Below the pieces are notes generated by a model. That model had not been told where the DNA came from. It did no database searches and was given only the letters and a program-made list of their open reading frames with translations. Shown here one piece after another: positions 44,322 through 55,700 of a stretch of DNA of 64,000 nucleotides. The stretch lies in assembly GCA_000004985.1 (NCBI GenBank), contig GG738927.1. One strand, written 5' to 3'. Within the stretch, counting starts at the first letter, position 1. Every line of letters starts with the position of its first letter. The position numbers were made by a program, and so were the translations under genes. This DNA is from Naegleria gruberi. Its lineage: Eukaryota.

Positions 44322-46676
44322 ATGAAAACAAGACAAATAACGCCGAGCCCTCTAACGATTTCATCATCTTCAAATCGTCCCGAAAAACATTCGAATAATA
44401 ACATTAAAACTTGCTGCTTTGGAAGAAACTTTAGTTTACGAGTGAAAACTACTTTCGTATTAATTATAATGTTTCTCGGATTGATGGCACTTTGTCTGGG
44501 GATTTTACTAGCTGCCTTTTTCGTGGTTTTTCAAAATGTGGAATATCAACAAGCTAAAGAAGCAAGTAAACGAGTTTCTCGAGCATTATTGGACGATTTG
44601 AATTATTTACAGTCAAAAGTATTCGAATTTGGAGCATTTGATGATACAGTTTCCGTCTATGAAAATCTCACTCAGGAAAATATTGGAAATTACACTGAAA
44701 TGTATTGGCACTGTGTTTATTTAAATAGTGTGAATGTGAATATGGCTTTTCTTTATTCGAAAGATGGAACTTTAATTACAAAAGTTCATTGCTTTAAGGG
44801 GCAAATGATAGAACAAGTTCCTGATGAGTTTTCAAGTTTGGAAAAGAATTCGTATGGAAATTTCTTTTTACAAGATATTGAAAATGTTTGGAGTAGGAAA
44901 TCTGGAATTTTAATTCCAAAAAAGACAATTTTTGAGATGGCAACTTCTGATGAATCGAGGAATTTCCTTTCGAGTTATGAATCGAATGTGACGAATATTG
45001 TGTTGGTAGCTGCAATGCCAGTGCAGAGTACAAATTATGATTATTCGAGAGGTTTAGTCTTGTTTGCCAAGTATCAATTGGATGAACATGCTTTGGATAT
45101 GGCTGAAAGAACTCAACTTTGCATGACCATGATGAATTTGAAAAACGAAACTGACCTCTATTCATTCAAGGAATCGATTGGATCGTTGGATACGAATGCA
45201 TTTTCGAGTGGAACTGATTGGAAAGTAACAAATATTACAACCTCATCCTATTTAACTGATTGGATTGATAACGAATCGTCGTTGGTTCAGTTTTTGGACT
45301 CGAGTGAAGAAAATTCAGTGAAATTGAATAATCGTCAATGTTGGAAAGATAATATGAATGATGAAAGTTCTGTTTCCTTCAATGCTGGATCTCCTACCGA
45401 TAGAATGGCTTCCTATCAAGCATTCTACACACTAGATGGAGAAAAGTCACTCATTATTCGATCCGATATTCCAAGAAAGACATTTCAAATAGGAATGGCA
45501 TCATTTCTAGTTGTTTGGTCAGTCATGACTTTTATGATTGTTGTCATGTCAATTGCCATTGTCTGTTTTGTGGAAATGATAGTTCTGAGAAGAGTCATCT
45601 CACTATCAAGTACTGTACAACGTGTGCACGACACTGTTAATTATGCAATTAGAGCTCCAAAACTAGGAAATGATGAACTAGGTCAATTATCCAAAGATCT
45701 TAACACCATGCTCGGAGAGATTGAACATGTGCAAAATCAACTCGAAAAGGACAATACAGTGATGCAGGATTTATTGGAGAAGACTGCTCTCGAAGAGGCC
45801 AAGAGTAGATGCGTCATGAATAGTATTGACGATTTCATTGTAACTGTTGACTGCTCAAATGGCATGCTTCTCAATATCAACCTCTCATTTGAGAGTAGAA
45901 TCTTGAGAAAACAGAGAGCTTCCGTAAATTTTGAAGCACTCCCCTTCAATCAAGCTGTCTTTGCCTATTTTAAGGAAATTCCATCATTGGAATTGCTTTT
46001 ACAAAAATTGGAAAATCTTGCCACGACTGGATCACATTGGGAAACTACCATTCTATCAGGATTTGGATTGAATATTCCAGTACATGTCACTGCTAAAAGA
46101 ATTAAGGTAATTATGGGTAAATTCACACGAGTGGATGCATACATGATTGTTGCCAGAAATTTGAGCGATCAAAACGAAATGAAACAAACCATCAAGAACA
46201 AACAAGATAAACTCGATGAAATGAAACAACATTCTGACTTTGACAGATACATGACAGATCCAATACTAAGACAACAATTTAAGGAATTTTGCACTAAGGA
46301 ACGAGCTGAGGAAAATGTCATCTTTTTGGAACAAGTAATGGAATATAAGAAATTATCAAGAACTCACGAAAGAGCCAAGAAACAAAAGGAAATTATTGAA
46401 ATGTTTCTTTCTGAAAATTCAGCAACACCAATCAATATTTCAAAACAAGTTTTTACAACAGAAGTGAAGAAAATTTTGGAAGGTTTTGGCCAATTACAAC
46501 TTTTTGATAATTTAGAAACAATTATTAAGAGTATGCTCATTTTGGATAAGTTTAAGAGATTTATTTCACAATTTGAAACAAGTCAAATGACGACCATTGA
46601 TACGGACAACATGTCTAGCTCAGGATCAATCGCATCAGATGCCAGTTATCAACACACTTTTACATCAACTGATTAA
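44322..46676 (+). CDS. Receptor-like membrane protein: TM, a ~340-aa extracellular sensor region, TM, HAMP, a PAS-like domain and an RGS domain.
   Basis: The HAMP sequence immediately follows TM2 (VLRRVISLSSTVQRVHDTVNYAIRAPKLGNDELGQLSKDLNTMLGEIE). The RGS-domain signature is ILRQQFKEFCTKERAEENVIFLEQVMEYKKL...IIEMFLSENSATPINIS....KKILE. Confidence 0.65.
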   Translation: MKTRQITPSPLTISSSSNRPEKHSNNNIKTCCFGRNFSLRVKTTFVLIIMFLGLMALCLGILLAAFFVVFQNVEYQQAKEASKRVSRALLDDLNYLQSKVFEFGAFDDTVSVYENLTQENIGNYTEMYWHCVYLNSVNVNMAFLYSKDGTLITKVHCFKGQMIEQVPDEFSSLEKNSYGNFFLQDIENVWSRKSGILIPKKTIFEMATSDESRNFLSSYESNVTNIVLVAAMPVQSTNYDYSRGLVLFAKYQLDEHALDMAERTQLCMTMMNLKNETDLYSFKESIGSLDTNAFSSGTDWKVTNITTSSYLTDWIDNESSLVQFLDSSEENSVKLNNRQCWKDNMNDESSVSFNAGSPTDRMASYQAFYTLDGEKSLIIRSDIPRKTFQIGMASFLVVWSVMTFMIVVMSIAIVCFVEMIVLRRVISLSSTVQRVHDTVNYAIRAPKLGNDELGQLSKDLNTMLGEIEHVQNQLEKDNTVMQDLLEKTALEEAKSRCVMNSIDDFIVTVDCSNGMLLNINLSFESRILRKQRASVNFEALPFNQAVFAYFKEIPSLELLLQKLENLATTGSHWETTILSGFGLNIPVHVTAKRIKVIMGKFTRVDAYMIVARNLSDQNEMKQTIKNKQDKLDEMKQHSDFDRYMTDPILRQQFKEFCTKERAEENVIFLEQVMEYKKLSRTHERAKKQKEIIEMFLSENSATPINISKQVFTTEVKKILEGFGQLQLFDNLETIIKSMLILDKFKRFISQFETSQMTTIDTDNMSSSGSIASDASYQHTFTSTD

Positions 46677-46801
46677 TTTGGATAATAATTTAAACCCTTC
46701 CAATAAATTTAACACTAAATCTTTGAAATTCATGAATTAATAATTAAATTACAAAATACTGTAAATTATTAATAAAATCTAAAATTTTGAGATGAAAAAA
46801 A

Positions 46802-48112
46802 ATGAACCAACAAGAAGGACCAAATTTTTCCCTCCTCGCTTCATCATCATCGGACAATAACTTTATCGGGATGAATACACCATCATCGTCATCATCAAAT
46901 AATTCATCATCATTATCATCATTATCAAATAATATTCATGTTTGCGTTACTGGCGCAACTGGCTTTATCGCCACTCATCTCGTCTATCAATTATTAGCAA
47001 AGGGATATATTGTACATGCTACGGTTCGTTCCCTTGAAAGCGGAAGAAGAGAATTAATACAAAATATATTACAATTTGATCAGAAAAATTCAAAGGAGAA
47101 GGGAACAGGGTTATTGGTGAGTAGGGAATTGATGGAGAAGAATTTGGTGTGTTTTGAGGCTGATTTGCTCAAGTCGGGAAGTTTTGAGAAGGTAATTAAG
47201 GGATGTCGATTTGTTCATCACACTGCTTCACCTTTTAAGGTTGATGTTAAGGATCCACAGAGAGATTTAGTTGATCCTGCATTGAAGGGAACTTTGAATG
47301 TGTTGCAAGAGTGTGTTAAATTGAGAAAGAGCCAATCCAGTACTGATCCAGCAAGATTACAGAGAATTATGTTGACTAGCTCTATTGCTTCTATTGTTGA
47401 AACATCTGTTCCTGGAAAGGTTTATGATGAAACTGATTGGAATCTTGATTCTTCTGTGAATAATAATCCATATCTCTATTCGAAGGTTGTTGCTGAAAAG
47501 GCTGCTTGGACTTTAATGCAAGATGCTCAAGCTAAGAATGGTGATGACTTTTTGGAGTTAGTGACCTTGTGTCCTGCTGTTGTTATTGGACCTCCAATTA
47601 ATCCAAAACTTATCAGTCAATCTCATGAAAGTATCATGTTGATGGCCAGAGGTGAATTCCCTGTTATTTTACCACTTGATTTTGCATTTGTTGATGTTAG
47701 AGATGTTTCCAAAGCTCATATCAATGCCATGGAAAAGAATATGGACGACAAGACATACTTTGCACCATCCAAGAAGCAACGTTTCGTTGTTTCAAATGGT
47801 GTCACAACCTCAATGAAGGATTTGGTGAATCACATGAGAGAAGCATTCCCTAATCCACCATACAAATGGAACAAGAATTTGCCAACTATTAATTTGACTG
47901 GATATCTTGGAATTGGTGTTGGTAAATTAGCTGCCTTGATTCAACCAAAAGGATTGAGACAATACTTGAACTCTGTGATGGGCAAACCACAATTCTTCAA
48001 TAATAGCAAGATTAGGAATACTTTTAATTTGGACTTTATGAATTGGAAAGATAGTGTTACAGATTCTGTTAAATTTTTGGATGAAAATGGTTTCATCACT
48101 AGCAAGTTGTAA
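46802..48112 (+). CDS. NAD(P)-dependent epimerase/dehydratase-family (extended SDR) reductase, cinnamoyl-CoA/dihydroflavonol reductase-like.
   Basis: The N-terminal Rossmann motif VCVTGATGFIATHLVYQLLAKGYIVHATVR is typical of CCR/DFR-like SDRs. The ORF is 436 aa with an S-rich leader. Confidence 0.7.
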   Translation: MNQQEGPNFSLLASSSSDNNFIGMNTPSSSSSNNSSSLSSLSNNIHVCVTGATGFIATHLVYQLLAKGYIVHATVRSLESGRRELIQNILQFDQKNSKEKGTGLLVSRELMEKNLVCFEADLLKSGSFEKVIKGCRFVHHTASPFKVDVKDPQRDLVDPALKGTLNVLQECVKLRKSQSSTDPARLQRIMLTSSIASIVETSVPGKVYDETDWNLDSSVNNNPYLYSKVVAEKAAWTLMQDAQAKNGDDFLELVTLCPAVVIGPPINPKLISQSHESIMLMARGEFPVILPLDFAFVDVRDVSKAHINAMEKNMDDKTYFAPSKKQRFVVSNGVTTSMKDLVNHMREAFPNPPYKWNKNLPTINLTGYLGIGVGKLAALIQPKGLRQYLNSVMGKPQFFNNSKIRNTFNLDFMNWKDSVTDSVKFLDENGFITSKL

Positions 48113-48399
48113 TTTTATTAAAGTGTTTGTTGATGCACAAAATTGATAAAGACTAAGATTTTTGATTGTTGTGGAATTTTAAATCCTATCCGAGATTTCT
48201 GTTCTAGCTCCTCATGCATTCCAAGGTAGAGGGAAAGAGTTTCAAAGAGCTATTGTGATGGAAAGAAGTAAACAATAGCATGTCTCTGTTCAATTAGGTG
48301 CATAATTTTGTTTTCTAACAAATAAACTTGCTTCCGTAATGCTTACAAGGAATTCACACTTGCCAATTACTTGTACAAGCAAATCAAAGAAAGGAAAAA

Positions 48400-51300
48400 A
48401 TGTATTCAAACAACAACAAGTGTCATTGTGGTTTAATTGCCAAGCAAGGAACGACCTCGAAGGGAGAAAATCAGGGTAGAAAGTACACCTCCTGTTCTAA
48501 AAGTATGACTGATAAGAGTCGATGCAAATTCTTCAAGTGGTTAGATTCATCAGAACAAACAGCAACAACCAACATATCATCTTCTTCATCATCCTTCAAA
48601 AGCAATAGCAAATTACAGCACAGTGAGCAGGCTTTTGATGATACTTTGAACAAGACGATACAATTGATGAATAGAGTGCTTCCTTCTTCCTTGTTATCAT
48701 CAACAAGTGGTTCTTCTTCTTCATCATCAAATAACAAGTCTCCTTCCAACAACACTAATAGCCAGTGCTCATCTCTCACACTCTCACAATTGTGCTCCAG
48801 TATGGAAGACTTGAATATTGACAAAGATCTTTCAAAGCCTTCTTCTTCTCAAGCTATTGATAGAGACTTCATATTGAATGATAGTCTTTTTCCTTCTTCT
48901 TCTTCAGAAGCAAGCAAGAATAGTCTTCCTCTGATTGGAAACAATCAGCATAAAGGAGGAACATCATCTTCATCGTTACCAAATTCTCTCCTTGAAGAAT
49001 GTATGCAAAAGGAATTAAATAGCAAACAATTGGAGGCTGTCTGTGCTAGCGAACATGATTGTGTATGTGTTTATAGTGGACCGGGATCTGGTAAGACAAA
49101 GGTAAGTTGTTGTTATTATTGGATGGTAGAGGGAATTAATAATTAATTATTTGATGAATATTCATCTTGTGATGATGTGATGAATTTTTTTTTAATTTTT
49201 ATTTAATTTTTTTAAAAAATTCATAACGGTCATGGATCCAAATTTTAGACCATCACCAACAGGATTGCCTACTTGTGTATTGTTAAAGGAATTGAACCAA
49301 GGAATGTATTTGCCATGACTTTTACTAACAAGGCTGCTCAGGAGATGAAAACAAGACTTGTTCACCTTGTGAAATTGTACGATTTTCAAAAGAGAATTAA
49401 TGCAAAGGATTTCAGTCATATTGGAACGTTTCATGCAGTTTGTGCTAATATTTTGAGAAATGAGATGCATCATTTGACTCGTATTGTTGGATTGGATCAG
49501 AAATTTATGATATTTGATTCGGAAGAGCAGCTGTCATAATTAGGAGCTTGTACAAGTCATCAACTAATCATTCCATTAGAAGNNNNNNNNNNNNNNNNNN
49601 NNNNNNNNNNNNNNNNNNNNNNNNNNNNNNNNCTTTTAAAAAATTCGTAACGGTCATTGTAAACTTTGGGTGGATCCAAATTTTAGACCATCACCTACAG
49701 GATTGCCTACTTGTGTATTGTTAAAGGAATTGAACCAAGGAATGTATTTGCCATGACTTTTACTAACAAGGCTGCTCAGGAGATGAAAACAAGACTTGTT
49801 CACCTTGTGAAATTGTACGATTTTCAAATTAATGCAAAGGATTTCAAGACTTGTTCACCTTGTGAAATTGTACGATTTTCAAATTAATGCAAAGGATTTC
49901 AGTCATATTGGAACGTTTCATGCAGTTTGTGCTAATATTTTGAGAAATGAGATGCATCATTTGACTCGTCTTGTTGGATTGGATCAGAAATTTATGATAT
50001 TTGATTCGGAAGAGCAGCTGTCAATAATTAGGAGCTTGTACAAGTCATCAACTAATCATTTCATTAGAAGTTTACTTCCATTGAGTTTGTCTTTGGAGGA
50101 TATGGAGAAGAAACTCTCTCCAACTCTAGTTTTACAAACGATATCACGATGTAAGAATCAACAGGTTTCAGCTGATGAATATTCGAAAGCATTCCATCAA
50201 GAAATTGAGGAAACGGTCATTGCTGAACTATTTGTAGAATATCAACAGTATTTATCGAAACACAATGGGGTGGATTTTGATGATTTATTGCTTCATGTTG
50301 TGTACTTGTTTGAAAAATTCCCTCTAGTGAGAGAAAAGTATGCCAATCAATGTGAAGTATTATTGGTCGATGAATTTCAAGATATCAACAAGTTACAATA
50401 CAAGATTGCCATGCATTTGAACTCAAAGAGGAAGAACATCTTCTTGGTTGGTGATTCCGATCAAAACATTTACACTTTCAGATTCAGTGATAGCTCAATA
50501 ATGCGGGAAGTTATCAAAAAGTATGAGAAGGAGGGAAAGAGCATGAAAGTCATCATGATGAATGAAAACTATCGATCCACAAGAAGTATTGTCCAATTTT
50601 CAGACAAAATAATAGCTAGCAATTCTAACAGATTAAGAACTATCAGCTCTACCACTTCAAACACCACGGGTTTACCAGTTTCGATAGTCAGTTGCTCTGA
50701 TGAAGCCGAGTTCATTACAAATGAAATTGTAAAACTCACAAACATGAATAACAACATTCAATATTGCGACTTTGCAATCCTTATCAGAGTCAACTCTGCT
50801 TCTCGAGTATTCGAAGACATTTTTGATAGGAAAAAGTTGCCTTACAGAATTTTGAATTCCACAAGATTTTACGACTCTATGGAAGTGAAAGATATTCTTT
50901 CCTATGCAAAAGCTATTGCAAATCCAGATAATGATCACTTCCTGTTGAGCTGTGTGAATGTTCCAAGAAGATGCATCACTGAGGAGACAAAGTCCAAGTT
51001 GATAAAGCTTGCAGCTCAGAATAAGATGTCTCTGAGGTCAATTATCAAGAATCATAACAAGGAAATTGCTGGACATCTAGGAGCCAATGAGTTACAAACA
51101 CTCATTTCCACAATAGATTTTATCGAAAAGTCTCAAATTAATCTTCATTCTCCTTCAACTATTATGCAAGATATTATTCGGGTGATTGATTATGAATCCT
51201 ACTTGAAATTCACACAGAAGAATATGTTCGAAACAAGATGGGAGAATTTGAAAGAGTTAATTAACATGTGTCAAGAATTTGAGTCCAAATCAACCATTCC

Positions 51301-52570
51301 CTCAATTTCATCATTTTTACAAAGCATTTCAATTTCCACAGAGATGGAACCAATTTCAAAAGATTCATCAAATTCCATTACAATTTCCACAATCCATGCA
51401 GCCAAAGGTTTAGAATTTGGAATTGTATTTGTGGCAGGAGTTGAGAAGGGAAATATTCCATACTACAAAGCTCAGGAAAAGAATGAAATAGAGGAAGAGA
51501 GAAGATTACTGTTCGTTGCCTGTACAAGGGCTCAGTCCTTACTCTGTTTAACCAATTCCAAAACAAGATTCAGACTTGGAAAGAGTTACAACACTCAGAG
51601 TTCTGAGTTTTTGAGCATAATTCTCTCTAATCAATTCACATTCTATTCTAATTCATCATTAGCGACTCTATTGAGTGATAATTCCATATCTCAATTAAGA
51701 TATGAGACTATTAATCATTTAGTAGCTTGCAGAGACAAGAAATCTAAACAAAATCTTTCTTCCTCCTCGGATATTCTGACAAAAGATCTGAAACGAGTTA
51801 AAAATATGGAAAGTTTCGAACCTACAACCGAATCAAGCAACGTTCCAGAATATTGGTTCAATAAGGAACGATTCAAGATTGTGGACGTAACAGATACTAT
51901 GAAATTAACCATTCAAGACTTGATGGATAATTCATGTGAAAAGAAAACTCTTGGAAGTGGAAAGGATCAAACGTATTTCAAGAAACAATACACTCAATTG
52001 GAAGTTATCAAAGTGGAACGAGTTGAAAATCCAAATCTCTACGGATTATATCAAGCCAAACAATCTCAAATGAAATCTTTCAAGGATAATCCCCAACCCA
52101 TCCCAGTCAAAACTGTGGAAAAAGTTCCACCCAACTCAACAGCCAAAACCTGGATTCAAAGTGTAAAATTATGCCAACAAGTTAATGAAAAATTCTTTTG
52201 GCACGGCACTGATTCACAAGTTGTGAGCATTATTTGTGAACATGGTTTAGATGCAAGAGTGAGCTCACTTTCTGGACTATTCGGTGCAGGAATTTATTTT
52301 GCAGAATATTGTTCCAAGAGTGATCAATACTGCTCGCCAACGAATGATCTTTTTCACATGTTTCTCTGTCGAGTCATGATTGGTAATCAAATTGAAACTC
52401 TTGAAAAGGGAAAATCTCTCAATAATATTCGAAGACCAAGTGTCATTCCAAACACCAATGGACGAACATTTGATAGTATTCTAGGAAAACCAAACATGTA
52501 CAAGGAATTTGTAGTTTACGATAGTTGCCAATGCTATCCAGAATTTCTAATTACTTATAAAAGGAAATAA
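48400..52570 (+). CDS. Three-domain fusion: zf-GRF zinc finger + UvrD/Rep-type SF1 DNA helicase + C-terminal PARP catalytic domain with an H-Y-E triad. Exon 1 is 48400..49101 and exon 2 begins at 49249 (copy A) or 49687 (copy B). The coding sequence is interrupted by a scaffold gap and a duplicated, misassembled block, then is continuous from 49832 to 52570.
   Basis: The zf-GRF pattern is [27 protein letters not shown]...CKFFKWLD. Walker A is SGPGSGKTK, followed by GTAAGT (49102). The helicase motifs are Ia [49 protein letters not shown], and [19 protein letters not shown]...[13 protein letters not shown]. The PARP segment reads [47 protein letters not shown] (compared with PARP1 LLWHGSR...[21 protein letters not shown]), then [11 protein letters not shown] (PARP1 LLGEVALGNMYE) and [19 protein letters not shown]. 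Confidence 0.75.
49192..50060. repeat. Near-identical duplicated block flanking the gap (about 49192-49582 vs 49633-50060), plus a tandem 55-bp internal duplication (49792-49846 and 49847-49901). This is most likely an assembly or haplotype artefact inside the helicase gene.
   Basis: The copies differ by a 1-nt indel (ctgtcataatt vs ctgtcaataatt), a 6-nt indel (caaaagagaatt vs caaattaat), and one substitution (TITNR vs TITYR). The 55-bp unit is not a multiple of 3, so it breaks the frame. Confidence 0.7.
49583..49632. other. Scaffold/assembly gap, a run of 50 N.
   Basis: Seen directly in the sequence. Confidence 0.98.
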
Positions 52571-52763
52571 AAATGATATCAAACTAGAAATTGAACATAA
52601 CTGATTGGACATGCACTCCATTCCTTACCTCCACTGACTCCATATTTCCAAATCCATATGCGAACAAATGTTAAAATTTAATATTTATTCATTCTTTCGT
52701 GCGTTCAAATTTTGAGTTGAAATTCTCCCGCCAAAATGTAACCAAAAATCTCATCAAAAAAAA

Positions 52764-55700
52764 ATGGAACAACGACCAAACGAAGAGCACGTGCTGAAGG
52801 AAGCATCGACGACGTGTTCGTTATTATCATCATCATCACTATCATCAGCTTTTCGGAAAGTATCAGGAGGTGAAGAAGGAATGAATTTGAATGATTCATC
52901 GTCATCTTCTACGAGTACATGCAATAATAATCATAATAATTGTAATCGACGACATCGTCATTATCAAGAGGGAGGGCTTTCGGCATTGCCTAATGAAATT
53001 TATTTACATATATTTTCATTTGCACTTGATCCATTTTCTCTAATCGGAAGTGTGGCTAGTATTAGACATGTGAACAAATGTTGGTTTGAATTGACGGAAT
53101 CGGAATTCTTTTGGAAGGAAATTGTTATTAGATTGTTGAGACAAAAGATGATGGTGGAGAGTACGGAAGATGGTGTTGATACTCAGCAGAAGGAGGATAT
53201 TGAACAATTGAATGCAGAATATGAGGAATTGAGTAATAATTATGAAGATTTTGATGAATTTATGCAAGAATTATCGAATAGGTTTTACAAGACACATGAA
53301 TTTATTGATAATTTGATATATAATACTAGAACGAGCAGATACTCGGTATTTTATAAGAAGAATGATCGATTTATTGGATGGAAAAAGTATGATGATGTGG
53401 AAAGTATTGAAGAATATGATTCAGAGGAAGAAGGAGATGATATTAATGTGGGACCAAATCTTTTCGATAAATCCAAGGAATGGATAGATAGTTGCGGAGA
53501 GGAGCATCATACAGGAAATGTATTATTGCAAGCATGTTTGGAAATCATTTTAGGCCATGAGATGGTAGAACATTTGGGAATGAAATCGTGTGGAGTTTTC
53601 ATTCAACAATTTTTCTCAAAGCTTTTCGAACCAGCAATCAAAATGATTAAAACACAGAAAGAGGCAGGAACCAAGTTGAATGTGGTGGAATTGGAAAAAA
53701 CTCCAATCTTGAATAGAAACCTACTCAACTTCATCAAGGAAAATGGAAGATGCTCCAAATTATTCCAGCAAAAAATTACAAATAATTGGAATCTTTTTGA
53801 TGAACATTACTGTACAATACCAAGGCAGTATATTCTCTTTATGGTTGAACATTTTTCGAGAGTTAAAGTCAGAGAGGGAGCATGTGAAATGAATGCAGTT
53901 AAATACATTTGCAAATCTCTCAGAGATTGTGGAATTAAAATCGAGGACTTGTGCTTTATAGGTGACAATGTAATGCCAAACTTTGAGTACACAAATGGAT
54001 TGAGGTCTATGGTAAGATCTGGAAGTGGTGTTTTCTTATTGACTCATTTGGCAGTTTGGACAGAAAATTACGAGCTATTGGACTGGGCATTAACAGTGAA
54101 AAATAAGGAAGGAGATGTTACTCTGTATGATTTAGTAACCTCAACCCTGGCAGAGCATATTAATGCAGATCAAATGGACCACATAGATAGAGTTATTCCA
54201 AAAGATCTCACTGTAAAGTCGTACATTATGGCTCATCTTTCACCTGTTGAAGTGAAAACATACCTTCTCAATGAAGCTGTCATGATGAACAATGTGGAGA
54301 TGGTAAGGCACTTGTGTGACAAGTATTTGTGTAATCCATTTGGACCTTGGGAACACAAGTATTCCTCTCCTTTGCAGTATGCTCTGATGCAAAGTATGCA
54401 CGCCTCACTCTCCAAACATAATAACGAACAAAAGATTGTGGAAATTTTCGAGAAAAAGTATGGACACTCTGATAATTACAAAACTGAAATAGAAATTGCT
54501 AAAAAACTGAGTGCACAACGGAGAGTAACCTCAGAGACATGCTCATTGTGTTCTTGCTTGACCAGTGATAAAACTGCATTGGCTTACGAGAAAAAGTATG
54601 GAGGTGTCTACAAACCAAATATTGAGGAAGAGAATTATGAACATGTTGAAATGAAACGAAATTTCGTATTAGAAGAAGAGACAATAGCGCCTGTGATTTC
54701 ACTTGATGTACCAGGGGTACCATATGATGGTACTGAGTCAGATGAGGATGATACCGAAGAGTGCATGTCAATTCCATGGCTTCGTCACTATGTTCATAAT
54801 AAGAAGAGAAAGAGAGCTCACAATGATCCAGTTATTGACACTATAATTAAGGAAAAGGAAATAATGGGACCAGTGACGGACATTGTATCGAACTTTGAGA
54901 GTGTCAATGAGCATACTGACTTTGCTGATGATTTCTATATAGAGGTCAAAGCTCTAAATAGGACATGGGATCGCAGCAAGAGGATTAAATTAGATGAAGA
55001 TGCACCAAACGAGAAGTTTACCACTACTAGAGACTCTCTCTGTTTTTCTAAACTTAATTTTAGAGAAGTAGTCCAAGCAGAATTAAGAAGACAAAAAACG
55101 GATGTCTTTCTCAGTCCACATGCAAAAATGTTGGTCCAACAAGCTGCAGAAGATTTTATTGAACATCAAATCTATCGTCTCAATAATGAAATGACCTATG
55201 GAGAGCCATCTGATACTCAGACTGGCCGAGCCAAGACATTATTTACTGATAAGTTTACGGGAACACTGTACTTCCGATATCAATTCTTTAGAAATTGTGA
55301 AATTCATGATCAGCTTTCAACATTTGCCTTTGGAAAACATAATCTAGTATTTGAGGAAATTGTAAAACTTCTTAATGCCTTGATAGAGGAAGAGGAAGAT
55401 GACGAAGAGGATGATTTGGATTATCCATGTGATCATCTCTCTGTTAATTCTGATGATTCCATGTTATCATGCACTGCCTTAGAGTTTGGAGAAAATCATG
55501 AAGAGGGATTATTCAGAATGCCAAAGAACTTTATGGTTTACACTGATTTGGAGAATTTAAAATATTCTAAATCATTTGTTGGAGATGATGGTTATGAGAG
55601 AATTCTTGCTACTGAGATTCATCAAAACACAAAACATCACATTGTCACAAGTTCTGATCCTAAACTAATTACTAGTTGGGCTGACAATATTACAATCCAT

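Noticed and set aside
49792-49901. The 55-bp tandem duplication as a biological minisatellite within a coding exon.
   Set aside because: It is adjacent to an N-gap, breaks the reading frame of an otherwise highly conserved helicase motif block, and the pre-gap copy lacks it. An assembly artefact is far more likely.
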